Positions 31,418 through 42,197 of a stretch of DNA of 64,000 nucleotides are shown in pieces. Within the stretch, counting starts at the first letter, position 1. Every line of letters starts with the position of its first letter. The position numbers and the translations under genes were made by a program. Location of the stretch: NCBI GenBank assembly GCA_001567355.1, contig JYNZ01000002.1:135477-199476 (forward strand). The letters are read 5' to 3'. The stretch is from a candidate division WS6 bacterium OLB20 (GTDB lineage: Bacteria > Patescibacteriota > Dojkabacteria > B142 > OLB20). Below the pieces are notes generated by a model. It was not told where the DNA came from. It worked only from the letters and a program-made list of their open reading frames with translations, and made no database searches.

Positions 31418-32215
31418 AAACAATCAAACTTATCTCCTGGAACGTGAATGGTATCCGGGCCGCCTTGCGAAAGGGGTTTAAAGAATTTGTAGACCAGGCA
31501 GACCCGGACATGATATGTCTGCAGGAGACAAAAGCCCATCAGCATCAGGTCGAGGTCGATCTGTCAGATTACACTGAGTACTGGAATTCTGCAGAAAAAA
31601 AAGGATATTCGGGAACGGCAATATTTACGAAAACAATCCCGGAGAGTATTCAGCTTGGCATGCAGATCGATTATGATCCGGAATTGATGATTGACTCTGA
31701 GGGGCGGGATGTATCTACTGAAGGGCGCGTTCTTACAGCTGAGTACAATGACTTCTATCTGGTTACAGTCTATACACCCAACAGTAAGAGAGAACTGACA
31801 AGGCTTAACTTCAGACATACCGTCTGGGATCCCCTGTTTCTCAAGTATGTGCAGTCACTGGATGAGAAAAAACCGGTCATCTTCTGTGGTGATCTTAATG
31901 TCGCGCATACACCGATTGATCTGGCCAGACCGGAAACCAATGAAGGAGAGCATGGTTACACGAAAGAGGAACGTGAGGGCTTTGATAATATTCTGGCCGG
32001 AGGATTTGTGGACACATTCAGAATGTTTACAAAAGAGGGAGGGCACTACACCTGGTGGACTCCATGGCGCAATGCACGGCAGAAAAAACGTAGGCTGGCG
32101 CATCGATTATTTCTGCGTATCCGAGAAACTTAAAGACAGAGTAGTCAGTTCAAAGATCATGCCCGAGGTGATGGGATCTGACCATTGTCCGATCGTACTT
32201 GAGCTTAAACCCTGA
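31414..32215 (+). CDS. xth: exodeoxyribonuclease III (AP endonuclease, ExoIII family), interrupted by a frameshift in an A6 run near 32085
   Basis: [10 protein letters not shown]...DMICLQETK...[16 protein letters not shown]...YTWW sits in frame 1. The C-terminal [11 protein letters not shown]...[11 protein letters not shown] sits in another frame, with the A6 run at the junction. Confidence 0.8.
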
Positions 32216-32217
32216 TT

Positions 32218-32929
32218 ATGAAAGCAGATGATGTAAAACAAGCTCTTGACCGCTATATTGATCCGGTTAAGGCAGAATTTTTTTCCCCGTTTTTTTAAAA
32301 CAGGCCCAGGCCAGTATGGAGAAGGTGACACCTTTATCGGTGTGACCGTTCCAAATCAACGAACTGTGGCAAAGGAGTTTAAAGAGCTGCCACTCGGCGA
32401 GATACGGGTTCTGCTGAACAGTCCTGTTCACGAGCACCGCCTGACTGCACTATTCATTCTTGTGCTTAAATTCAAGGCAGCCAGAAAACATCCCGAAGAG
32501 CGAACCAAGATTAAGGACTTTTATCTGGACAATCTGGACAGGGTAAATAACTGGGATCTGGTTGACTCGTCAGCTCATGAAATCCTTGGAACCTGGCTGA
32601 CAGAGCAGGAGGATCACAGCATCCTGTACACTCTTTCTGAGTCAGACAACCTCTGGTATCAGCGTGTTGCTGTTATTGCCACATTTCCGTTTATCCGCAG
32701 GGATGACTACAGGCATACGCTTGCGCTTGCCGGCAAACTGCTGCATCATAAGCACGATCTGATACACAAGGCTGTAGGGTGGGCATTACGCGACTTGGGC
32801 AAACGTGACAGATCCGAACTGCTAAAGTTTCTGGACAGGCATGCCGGCGATATGCCACGCACAATGCTGCGTTACGCGATAGAACATCTGTCAGATACAC
32901 AACGGGCTCACTATATGAAAAAACAATGA
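32218..32929 (+). CDS. DNA alkylation repair enzyme (AlkD/AlkC-like HEAT-repeat glycosylase), interrupted by a frameshift in a T7 run near 32255
   Basis: ATG at 32218 gives MKADDVKQALDRYIDPVKAEFF, then a stop within the T7 run. The next frame reads RFFKTGPGQYGEGDTFIGVTVPNQRTVAKEF..., typical of PF08713. Confidence 0.7.
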
Positions 32930-33849
32930 AATCAATCAACAGACGGCTGCGTGAGTGGTTTACGGTAGCCCTTCAGAAAATCTATCTTCTGCCAAAGGTT
33001 ATTACCAGTGATGATCTGGAGCTCTTTACTGAACACGATGTCCAGACCGAAAACTTCAGACTGCACTATGCGCAAGCAGGTAAGGGTGAGACACTTCTGT
33101 TTATACACGGGATGTCCAATAACTGGATCGGCTGGATACCGCTGGCTAAGGAGCTGATCAATGACTACCACCTCGTCATGCTTGATCTGCCTGGCTATGG
33201 GGAGTCCGAGCGTCTAGCCGCCTATAATGTCGAGACCGAAGCAGAGGCTATAGCTGCTTTTCTCAGGACAACGGGAATCCGGCCCCGCGCTATAGTCGGA
33301 CTTTCGATGGGCAGTATTGTGACCGGTCAGTTTCTGTCAAGGCACGGTCAGCTCGTTGATTCAGCTGTATTGTGCGGGCCTATGTTCCAGGTGCGTGATG
33401 CGGAATGGTTGAGCCGAGCATCAAGAATGGGATTTACAGCTGTCGATAAAACAAAGGGTGCAGCTTATGCACTCAAGAGGATTATGACAACGACAGCAGT
33501 TTCGTACGTCATCACCAAGTACCTGAACATGTACCGTTTTAACAGAGAACTGGTTGATGCCTATGGTCTTACAGGCCGAAGACTCATGGATGAGCGTGCG
33601 TTTATTCAGATGGGCATCAGCGTAACTCAGAACGACCTCGAAGAGGATCTGAATGACACAACCGTACCTGTCCGGTTTATTTACGGTCAGCAGGACAGAA
33701 TCAGTTCAATAGACGATGCTCAGCAGCGTCTCAGCTCCAAACGCGGAAACTTCACGTTTGTCAGTATCCCTGATGCGGGACATATTGTTACTCTCGAAAA
33801 GCCCGGGGAAGTGGCAGAAAGCATACGGGACTTCATCCGTTCACAATAG
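32926..33849 (+). CDS. alpha/beta-fold hydrolase
   Basis: An HG oxyanion motif (LLFIHGMSNN), a nucleophile elbow GLSMGS, and C-terminal Asp/His (DAGHIV). Confidence 0.75.
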   Translation: MKSINRRLREWFTVALQKIYLLPKVITSDDLELFTEHDVQTENFRLHYAQAGKGETLLFIHGMSNNWIGWIPLAKELINDYHLVMLDLPGYGESERLAAYNVETEAEAIAAFLRTTGIRPRAIVGLSMGSIVTGQFLSRHGQLVDSAVLCGPMFQVRDAEWLSRASRMGFTAVDKTKGAAYALKRIMTTTAVSYVITKYLNMYRFNRELVDAYGLTGRRLMDERAFIQMGISVTQNDLEEDLNDTTVPVRFIYGQQDRISSIDDAQQRLSSKRGNFTFVSIPDAGHIVTLEKPGEVAESIRDFIRSQ

Positions 33850-34688
33850 CTGCATACCGCTGCCAGATGCGTTCCGGCGCTTGAATGTTTCCGTTTTCAT
33901 CCAGCATGTTCAGTCGTGGATCTGCATTATTCATCTGCAGCGCAACATTAGCGCCAAACACGTGCAGGGCGCTGATACATTCTGATCGTGCCGCACAGAC
34001 AAAAACGTCAACCCCGTCAGGTTTTTCAGACAGACGCATAAATGTATCAGGATGGTCACGCGTTGACCCGTCTTCATGAGGTGTAACAGGAGTTCGCAGG
34101 ATTGAACGCACCATACCGGCAAAGTCCTGGGCAGTAAAGTTTTCTGAAAGACTGGTCGCAGCTTTCACAGCGGCAAGATCCCGAAGACTTGCGACACGCA
34201 TGGACCGTCCCGAATCTCGCAGAGAACCGGGGCCGAAAGCTGACCTTACTCCGATCTCAGCAGTAATGTCACACATGACTCTCCCCAGAGAATCGAAAAT
34301 ACCGTATTCTGCAATCACAGGAAGCAGTCCGCGCGGAACTGTCTGAAAAAAATTCTATCAGTTCGGGATAGATCGCCTTAGTGCCGCGCAGATGTTTATA
34401 TGAGTCAGAAATCAGCTCGGGTTTCTGCAGATGCAAGGGTGCATACTCCGCCAGTACACGCTTGCTGATGTTGCTTGTCCAGTATGCGTGAATGGTTGAT
34501 ACAGTCAGATTCTGATCAAATATCTGCGCTGAGAATGACTGTGTCTCTTCTGCCAGCAACGTGCGAAACCCTTTTCCTGCAATAAACTCCTTTGCTTCAT
34601 GCAGCAGCTCAGTAGGGAAACGATGACATAGCGGTGCTGCATCAGTCTCGTAACGGCCACGGATTGAATATAATGGTTCCATATTCAA
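33833..34688 (-). CDS. hypothetical protein (about 285 aa), interrupted by a frameshift in a homopolymer (A7 on + strand near 34340); co-oriented with the FabH-like gene
   Basis: Two ORFs (34269..34688 and 33833..34318) overlap. Removing one T from the minus-strand T7 run fuses ...PELIEFF to QTVPRGLLPVIAEYGIFDS... in one frame. Confidence 0.4.
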
Positions 34689-34705
34689 GGGGATTGTACC
34701 AGACT

Positions 34706-35854
34706 TCAGGCAGTTGCAGCGATGAATGCCGTAGCTGTTCCACCTGCTCCATATCCGGCGACCATAAAGTGTTCTTTGTGTCTGACAATACCCCGAGCCA
34801 GGACCCGTGCGAGGGCAATGGCGCTTGTACCGCCACTGACATTACCTTCCTCAACGACCCAGGGAAATTGCAGCTGTTCCGGATTAAGCTGCTTGCGGAT
34901 CAGATGACCAAGTTGTGGACTTGGATGATGACCGGCAATCATCATAGGATGTTCTGACTGACCGTAGCGAGCACTGTAAAGCTCATAGACACGTGGGAGC
35001 ATTATCTTCAACTGGTTAAGAAAGAATCTGCTGGTTCCCATGCCATTCATCCACAGCTTTTTTCCGTCGGGCGGAACCGGCAGACGTACCATCCGTACAT
35101 GAGCTTTGTCCTGAACAAGGTCAGGTCCGAGCAGTTCGCTGTCATACGGCGGCACCGCAGCCAGTACCCCGGCGCTGTCCTCAAATTCATGCAGACCAGA
35201 GAGTATTGCACCGTCAAGTTCATGAGTGCCTGCCATGTCTGATCGAATTTCGATTTTGCGCAGGTTTACACCTGGTATGATTCCTAGTGCGGCGCCCCCA
35301 CTGCTGAAGGTCGCTGGTGAAAGCGGGTCACATTGTCCATGATCCAGTACATACCTGCTGATGTCGTCAAATCCCAGATACAGAGTGCGCTTACCATGCA
35401 GTTCAGGATCGCTGAGTGTCCGGAAGAGTACTTCTGCTGCTGAGTTGCACGCCAGCATTGACAGTCTGAATGTGTCTGCACGGTTCATTCCATGCATATA
35501 CGCAATTGTCTCAGGAAGATTGGACTCTGTCGGTGTCCCGTTTCCTACAACTACTGCTTCAACATCCTCTGGTTTCCAGCCTGTTGCGGCAAGAGCTCCG
35601 TTCACAATAGCACTCTGCGCCATCGTTGCATATTCTGCTGACGGGTTCTGGTACAGCCTCTGAAAACCTTTGCCATCATTTTGGATCTCCCTCCCGACAA
35701 ATCCTGTCGCAAAACCTATAGGGACGGTAGCGGGGATAGTTCCCCGTTCGTAGGCAAGTGTAACGTCCGGTCCGATCTCAATTTTCACCTGACTGTTGTT
35801 GTCTGCTAGTTTTTCCATAACTAGTATTATACATTGAGCTGTATGGTTCTCCAA
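34706..35854 (-). CDS. 3-oxoacyl-ACP synthase III-like (FabH/type III PKS/OleA-type thiolase) protein
   Basis: An active-site Cys in LSMLACNSAAEVL, and C-terminal GNVSGGTSAIALARVL...MVAGYGAGGTATAFI, matching FabH GNTSAAS/GFGGG regions. Confidence 0.7.
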   Translation of the reverse strand: MENHTAQCIILVMEKLADNNSQVKIEIGPDVTLAYERGTIPATVPIGFATGFVGREIQNDGKGFQRLYQNPSAEYATMAQSAIVNGALAATGWKPEDVEAVVVGNGTPTESNLPETIAYMHGMNRADTFRLSMLACNSAAEVLFRTLSDPELHGKRTLYLGFDDISRYVLDHGQCDPLSPATFSSGGAALGIIPGVNLRKIEIRSDMAGTHELDGAILSGLHEFEDSAGVLAAVPPYDSELLGPDLVQDKAHVRMVRLPVPPDGKKLWMNGMGTSRFFLNQLKIMLPRVYELYSARYGQSEHPMMIAGHHPSPQLGHLIRKQLNPEQLQFPWVVEEGNVSGGTSAIALARVLARGIVRHKEHFMVAGYGAGGTATAFIAATA

Positions 35855-35984
35855 GCAATTTTGTCCGATTATTTTAGATATTTCGGACAGTCCGAATAAT
35901 CAAATACGGCCAGTCATATTGATCGCGGTGACTGATCATGCGACAATAAATGATTGACTCACTTTTATTAGGGAATATTGAACT

Positions 35985-37427
35985 ATGGAAAAAATCAGAC
36001 TGTATATAAAGCAAAAGCCGGGGCAGGCACTTGCCATATTTGCTGTTGTTCTGATCGCTGCTGCTCTTCTTGCGGGACTCCTGTCACGTCCTGCACAAGT
36101 TAATGATCAGGTTGACAGTGATGATGATCAGCAAGACGGGCAGGTTGATGAACGGACAGCAACTGTATTTTCGCTCGAGGAGACAACAGTTACGCTGCGC
36201 GATGGCGACAGCGGGAGGCTGGTTCAGGTTGACGGTAACCAGTCTGCTGCTCCCGGATCTGTTGCAGCCACATCGGCAGGAGCTTATGCTCTGGTAATGC
36301 TGGAAGATGGGGGTACACTGCTGCTGAAGCCTCAAAGTGAAGCACGTATCTATCCGGACCCGCAGTCTTCGGGATTCGAGCTGCTTTCGGGAACCGGCTG
36401 GTACCGAGCTGCTGCAACATCTGTGTATCGTGCAGAGTTTGCCTCACTGCAATCTGATGAAGGATCTGTAACAGTTGAAGCAGTCAGTGAAGGTGAGGTT
36501 TTTGTACTTGTACAGACAGGAGAATATGACCTTTCGGTATTTGAGTCTGAAACAGAGATCGCTTCGCTTATGCTTGAGGAGTTTGATGAGGTCACGCTGC
36601 AGAGTTCTGCGTTTAATGACTACGAAGGTGGCGCTCTGAGCAGGTACGTTACTGCTGCTGATCAGCTCGCCCTCGAACAGGATGAGTGGTTCCGCTTTAC
36701 TACATGTGTTGATGCCTACCTCGCATCTCTGCTCGCAGATGATCCGCAGCCGTCACCATCTGTGGTGGAGGAGGGCATGCAGACATGCTCAAGTATTGTT
36801 ATCTCCCCGGATGACGCAGGTGAAGACACAGAGGTCACAATTGAAGAGGTGACGGCAGCATTTACATCTTCAACTACGCTGATGTGTTCGTGGGAGTCTT
36901 CTGCTTCTGATATCCAGGGTTACGCATACTGGATCGGCACCGCGCCGGGGCAGAAGGATGTAAAAGAGGAGACGTTTATCGAGGATGCTTCGGCAAGTTA
37001 CACATTCACACCTGCAGAAGGTAAAACGTACTACTGCACAGTTCGTGTAATTACAGCTGACGGAACCGGAGAAAAGTCATCAGGAGGAGCGATACCGCTT
37101 ACAGAGGATGCAGAACTTAACGTGCGTGAGCCGGACAGCGGTGACAGATTTGACGGAGAGATTACCGGGATGGTTGAGACAGATCTTGATGCCGCTGACA
37201 TATTTGTCAGAGCTTCGCTCAAGGCACCAGACAGCAAGTACCTCGGTACATCCGGCTGGCAAAGCCCCAAGCACTACTTCAGTCTGGATCTGAATGATGA
37301 CCTGGACTTTTCGGGTGACCTGCAGATTGAAAACGGATACGACAATGCCACACTCGTGATCGAAGTCGTACTGACCGGCAGCTCAGAGGTACTTGACCAG
37401 GTAACTGTTCAGGTTGACCTTGATTAG
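35985..37427 (+). CDS. membrane-anchored extracellular hypothetical protein (480 aa)
   Basis: An N-terminal TM (ALAIFAVVLIAAALLAGLL) and an acidic linker. Confidence 0.45.
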   Translation: MEKIRLYIKQKPGQALAIFAVVLIAAALLAGLLSRPAQVNDQVDSDDDQQDGQVDERTATVFSLEETTVTLRDGDSGRLVQVDGNQSAAPGSVAATSAGAYALVMLEDGGTLLLKPQSEARIYPDPQSSGFELLSGTGWYRAAATSVYRAEFASLQSDEGSVTVEAVSEGEVFVLVQTGEYDLSVFESETEIASLMLEEFDEVTLQSSAFNDYEGGALSRYVTAADQLALEQDEWFRFTTCVDAYLASLLADDPQPSPSVVEEGMQTCSSIVISPDDAGEDTEVTIEEVTAAFTSSTTLMCSWESSASDIQGYAYWIGTAPGQKDVKEETFIEDASASYTFTPAEGKTYYCTVRVITADGTGEKSSGGAIPLTEDAELNVREPDSGDRFDGEITGMVETDLDAADIFVRASLKAPDSKYLGTSGWQSPKHYFSLDLNDDLDFSGDLQIENGYDNATLVIEVVLTGSSEVLDQVTVQVDLD

Positions 37428-38338
37428 TTGCCGTTGATCTCGTTGGCAGTAATCATGGCATCACGCAGCTGCGATGCCAGGTCGTTGACTGCACCTGGAC
37501 CGTGAGGGATGAGTATGGTATTTGAACTGGCGTTCTGACCGATGTCTTTAAGTGTGTCAAAATACTGAGTCAGCAGTACCAGATTCATGACATCCTGAGC
37601 TGATGAACCCTTAATACTCTTTTGAAACTCGTCTACAGACTCACGCAGACCCATGATAATCGCCATGCGCTGATCGGCAATACCCTTACCCTGAAGTGCT
37701 TTTGACTCTGCTTCTGCTTCGGCGGATTTAACCTTCATTATTTTGTCTGCCTCACCTTTTTCTGTTGCGGCGACCTTAAGGCGCTCAGCTGCATTGATCT
37801 CATTCATTGCTGCTTTGACCTTGGGATCGGGCTCAAGGTCTGTGACAAGTGAGTTGATGATCTCGAATCCGAATGTCACCATTGTCTCATTCAGTTCGTC
37901 CTTTACCGCCTGGGCGATCTCGTCCTTGTTTTCAAACAGATTGTCGAGTGTGATGCGTGGCACACGCGCCCGGATTACGTCAAACACATATGAATTGATC
38001 TGCTCTCTTGGGTCGACGAGCCGGTAGAATGCATCGTATACCTTTTCGGGCAGGACAAAGTACTGAATGGATACGATCACATGAACGAATACATTGTCCT
38101 TTGTTTTTGTTTCGGCGCGGACATCTAGCTGCTGAATCCTGAGCGAAACCCGACCGGCGATTCTTTCGACAAACGGGATTCTGAAGTGCAGTCCTGCTCC
38201 GGTAACTCTGACAAACTTGCCGAAACGCTCGATTACGGCAACAGTCTGCTGACCGACCGTATAAAACGTCGAAAAGAACAGTACAAGAAGAAATGCCGGA
38301 ATACAGACCAGAACGAGAAAGGCAAGAAAGGGGCCCAT
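37424..38338 (-). CDS. SPFH/band-7 (stomatin/HflC-like) domain protein
   Basis: An N-terminal TM, then YTVGQQTVAVIERFGKFVRVTGAGLHFRIPFVERIA... and a coiled-coil AAERLKVAATEKGEADKIMKVKSAEAEAESKAL, typical of PF01145. Confidence 0.85.
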   Translation of the reverse strand: MGPFLAFLVLVCIPAFLLVLFFSTFYTVGQQTVAVIERFGKFVRVTGAGLHFRIPFVERIAGRVSLRIQQLDVRAETKTKDNVFVHVIVSIQYFVLPEKVYDAFYRLVDPREQINSYVFDVIRARVPRITLDNLFENKDEIAQAVKDELNETMVTFGFEIINSLVTDLEPDPKVKAAMNEINAAERLKVAATEKGEADKIMKVKSAEAEAESKALQGKGIADQRMAIIMGLRESVDEFQKSIKGSSAQDVMNLVLLTQYFDTLKDIGQNASSNTILIPHGPGAVNDLASQLRDAMITANEINGN

Positions 38339-38438
38339 AGATAGATGAATAACAATGACAGATTATAACACGGGTTACGACATACCTGAGAGAAGCAGAT
38401 GATTTGAGTTTTCACTCAGACCTGATTAGAATGATTCT

Positions 38439-39227
38439 ATGGCAATCGACGACGACGACTCAGCAATCAAAACAGGTTCTGAAAAAGCTACAGATCAGGC
38501 GAAAAAGAAGATCAAGCAGCAGAATCAGCGCCTGCACCCCCTAAAGTACAACATTCTCAATAACCCGTTCTTCAAGTATTCAGACGAAAAGAACACCATC
38601 GAGAACGTAAAGCGACTTGTCAATCTGGATATTATGCTTACAACTGTTTCGACTGTCCTTATGGTTCTCCTTGTTACGCTTATCATCAGACTGCCCAGTG
38701 TACCCGCCGGCACACAGGCTCCGACACCGACTGTACTGCCTGATACAGGCGGAACAGCCACACCGACTCCTACAAATCAGATTACAGGACCAGGCGGACA
38801 GGTCATTAATGACAATAGGGGGAACAGTGATGGTGAGTTTGATAACGGCGGAGAAGAGCAGGAGAATACAAAGCTTTACGCCAACACAAGTTTCGGTTTT
38901 ACGATACGGTATCCAGAGTCCTGGAAGGTGACCGAGACACAGAACAACGGTAAAACCATCACCCGCATCGAGGATGAAGATAACGACTTTGATACCTACA
39001 TGGAGTTTACAAATGTGAAGCCTGATCTGACGCAGTATGAGGGAACAGGCACGCCCAACAAGCGTGATGTATTTACATCGGATTCAATCTACCGCGCTGA
39101 AGGCTTTGTTAAGTTTGGCAGAGCGACATTTGCCTCAATACCGATCGAGCCGGGCGAGTTCTACATCAATTATGCAGGTGATGTTGAGAACACTATTCTG
39201 CCGATGCTGGCAACATTCACCTATTAG
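38439..39227 (+). CDS. membrane-anchored hypothetical protein with a P/T-rich linker
   Basis: TM, a PT linker and a globular domain (GFTIRYPESWKVTET) paralogous to the 46625..47251 protein. Confidence 0.45.
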   Translation: MAIDDDDSAIKTGSEKATDQAKKKIKQQNQRLHPLKYNILNNPFFKYSDEKNTIENVKRLVNLDIMLTTVSTVLMVLLVTLIIRLPSVPAGTQAPTPTVLPDTGGTATPTPTNQITGPGGQVINDNRGNSDGEFDNGGEEQENTKLYANTSFGFTIRYPESWKVTETQNNGKTITRIEDEDNDFDTYMEFTNVKPDLTQYEGTGTPNKRDVFTSDSIYRAEGFVKFGRATFASIPIEPGEFYINYAGDVENTILPMLATFTY

Positions 39228-39238
39228 TCTGATCTAAA

Positions 39239-39988
39239 TCAGTCTGCGCTGAAGTCAATCACTCCCAGGAGAGTGTCAAAAACAGAAACATTGGCTGAAA
39301 ACTGTGCCGGAGCTGTACGATAGTCAAGAACATAGATTCTGCCATCGGCTTCAATCACACCTGTCTTTACCATACGTTCGTCAAACAGTTCGCCTGCCGG
39401 TTCGGTTCCCGTAACAACCACCCATGAGTTGTCATTGGCGTCAACCGAAGATTCTGTTACACCTGTCAGTCCTGATTTTACATCGCTCAGCACAGAGCTG
39501 AGTGAACCGCTGCGCTGCGTCAGGGTGACAAGACCCAGTGTTTCGCTGGCATCGGGAATCGGTTCAGGTGCAATGCCCAGTGTATTACCGCTGCGGCGGA
39601 AGTACCATGTTGGCGGGCGATAGGTCTGATACCCCAGACCGCTGATCTCAATAGGTTTCCAGCTTGAAGGGAGCTCAACCGTAACTGAGGTACTGCTGCC
39701 GGATGTAGGTGTTGCAGTAGGAGTTGTTGTCGCTGTGGCTGTGGGTTCAGGTTCATCTGTAGGTTCAGGTTGGTCTGTGTCTTCGGGTGACGGCGTTGGA
39801 TCTTCCTGCTGCTGTGCAGAATCATCAACGCCGGTTTCTGCAGGACCGCTGTTGCCGCGGACAAGCAGAAAGGCACCGACAGCTGCTGCAATAATAACAG
39901 TGACAGCAAGGATGGTGACGAGAGAATTACCTGATGACTCCTCAGCGCGCATTGCTCTGAGTGAGGGAGGAGGACTGCTGTCCAGCAT
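39239..39988 (-). CDS. membrane-anchored hypothetical protein with a P/T/E-rich linker
   Basis: TM, a PEPT-rich linker, and an LPSSWKPIE domain. Confidence 0.45.
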   Translation of the reverse strand: MLDSSPPPSLRAMRAEESSGNSLVTILAVTVIIAAAVGAFLLVRGNSGPAETGVDDSAQQQEDPTPSPEDTDQPEPTDEPEPTATATTTPTATPTSGSSTSVTVELPSSWKPIEISGLGYQTYRPPTWYFRRSGNTLGIAPEPIPDASETLGLVTLTQRSGSLSSVLSDVKSGLTGVTESSVDANDNSWVVVTGTEPAGELFDERMVKTGVIEADGRIYVLDYRTAPAQFSANVSVFDTLLGVIDFSAD

Positions 39989-40103
39989 GGGCTGCCGTTA
40001 AAAACTATACCACTACTATAAAAATACCAGCCTGAGCTGTCAACATTATTGTCTTTGTGACGTGGTAACGGTATAGTTTTACTAGACATGCATGTTGTGA
40101 ACT

Positions 40104-42197
40104 ATGACTACCTTTACTGCTGCTGTAGAGAAGCTACGACCGTATCTGATCAAGTATGAATCCGATACTGAACTGATATCACGCCGCAAGTCGGCTGCTT
40201 ACTGGACAGCAATGTTTATCCTCGGACTGCTTCTCGGGTTGCTCCTGTACTTTCCTGCATCCACGGGTCCAGATCACAGCGGAGGTCCTGTAGTTTCTTC
40301 TGATGATGTAGAGTTTGACAGCAAAGAAAGTAAACGTTCCCGGAGAAGTACATCCCCGACACCGACAGCTGAAGTCACCCCGACAGGTGTAGATGGAGGC
40401 ACTGAGAGTAACTCAGACAGACGAGGGAATAGAGACCCTGGAGGCAGCGGCAATCAGAACACTAATCCTGGACCCACACAGGCACCGGTAACCAGCCAGC
40501 CGACACCGACACCGGCAGCGACGGCTGTTCCCACTCAACCTCAGACATCACCTGCGCCATCACCGACACCTACGAGTGTCCCGGCAGGATGGCGCATTCT
40601 TGGTCTTAAACCATGGCTGATGGCGACTGCTGGTGTTATCGCCCAGACAACAGACACATCCGTCATGGGGCAGACCGGTACGGTTCAGACAATATTACGA
40701 ATGGACGACGGTCTGCTGCCGATTGCAACCTTTAACGTTGAGTTTGTCTCAGATCTCTACTGGACTGATCTTACCGCAGGCAGTATCGGCAACAAGGCAT
40801 TCTTTCATTATCCGGGTGGAATTGAAGAGGTCCCCGGTGCCGTGGACGCCTCATATCACCTTTACGTGTTTAAAGGGGTCAGCAACAAGGTCGGAGTCTG
40901 TCCGGGGGCAGCATCGCTTGAAGCAGTCAATAAAGACTGCTCTGGAGTGTTCTATCTAAATGAGTCGTCTCCAAACGTTGATATCATCAGCTATCAGGGC
41001 AGGGAGTACTGGAAGATCGGAGGACTCAGAGGTACTGGTGCGTTCAGTCTGCTTGATACAAAAGATATTCTGACACGTCTTCAGGTCGGAACAGCATCAG
41101 ATCACTATATTCAGTTTACCACCACCTATGATCTTGATTCGTCAGGAGACACGATTGTGGTTGATTTTGTTCCGGGGCAGCTTACTACAGACGGTACGAT
41201 GGATTTTGATTTTAACGGTATCGATTCAGAGGATATTGATGTTGTTGATGACGGAGGTGATCTTACGTTATGTACCGGCGGAAACCCGTGCAGTCCTGCA
41301 GCAGGTGTCTGGGGGGTGGAGATTAATGCTACTGCGGACACAATAACCTTTACTGCACCTACTGATGCAGGTCCCGGCGAAATCCAGGCCGGCAGTATAA
41401 TGGTGATAAGGATAGGAGAAAATGCCGTTACCGGAGCTTCGGGTGATACGCAGATCATAAATCCAGATAATGTCGGTCTGTATGAGATCTCTGTCCGCAT
41501 GGATAACGGGTCCGATGAGGATTTCGGAGAGCTGGAGATACCGGTGATTGATGATGATACTACAAATGTTGTCGGCTATATTGATACGTTTATCAGTTTT
41601 GACCTAGATACAGCAACCGCGGACACTGACTGCGATGCAGCAGGCGGAGCGAGTCCGTGCAACAGTCATGGCGGCTCCACAGACGGGTCGGGATATGTGA
41701 TTGACCTTGGTGAGCTTAATACAAGTTCGGTCAATGACAGCGGTGACTCGGTCTATCATGCTGACGGTCTGACAGGTGCGATAAACTCCATCTGGTTTGA
41801 TCTGTCCACCAATGCCGAGTCAGGTGCTGTTGTCACCATGTTCTCGCTCAATGAGGCCCTTGCGGGTCCCGGTTCAAACGAGATTCCTTCGGTCGGCGCA
41901 GGCGAAGTCCAGATAACTTCCGGAAGCGGCCTGTATGGTATTAACAGCTTTGCCGGGCTGACCAATACTGCACAGGCTGGTGCTGGCGTTATCAGCGACG
42001 ACTGTGATGGTGACGGCGGTGACGATTACTACTGCAGTGTTGCGGACGGAGGAAATGCCATCACGATTTTTACAACAGGCGGAGATCCGGTCGATCAGCT
42101 GCGTATTCAGTGGGAGGTCGGAGCAAGTCCTGACTCATCTGACGCTACAGGCACCTACAGTGATGAGCTGACATTTATTGCTACTGCTACGTTCTAA
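40104..42197 (+). CDS. 697-aa membrane-anchored surface protein (P/T linker, beta-rich extracellular domain)
   Basis: An N-terminal TM, a long PT-rich linker and a large Asp/Gly-rich extracellular region. Confidence 0.5.
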   Translation: MTTFTAAVEKLRPYLIKYESDTELISRRKSAAYWTAMFILGLLLGLLLYFPASTGPDHSGGPVVSSDDVEFDSKESKRSRRSTSPTPTAEVTPTGVDGGTESNSDRRGNRDPGGSGNQNTNPGPTQAPVTSQPTPTPAATAVPTQPQTSPAPSPTPTSVPAGWRILGLKPWLMATAGVIAQTTDTSVMGQTGTVQTILRMDDGLLPIATFNVEFVSDLYWTDLTAGSIGNKAFFHYPGGIEEVPGAVDASYHLYVFKGVSNKVGVCPGAASLEAVNKDCSGVFYLNESSPNVDIISYQGREYWKIGGLRGTGAFSLLDTKDILTRLQVGTASDHYIQFTTTYDLDSSGDTIVVDFVPGQLTTDGTMDFDFNGIDSEDIDVVDDGGDLTLCTGGNPCSPAAGVWGVEINATADTITFTAPTDAGPGEIQAGSIMVIRIGENAVTGASGDTQIINPDNVGLYEISVRMDNGSDEDFGELEIPVIDDDTTNVVGYIDTFISFDLDTATADTDCDAAGGASPCNSHGGSTDGSGYVIDLGELNTSSVNDSGDSVYHADGLTGAINSIWFDLSTNAESGAVVTMFSLNEALAGPGSNEIPSVGAGEVQITSGSGLYGINSFAGLTNTAQAGAGVISDDCDGDGGDDYYCSVADGGNAITIFTTGGDPVDQLRIQWEVGASPDSSDATGTYSDELTFIATATF

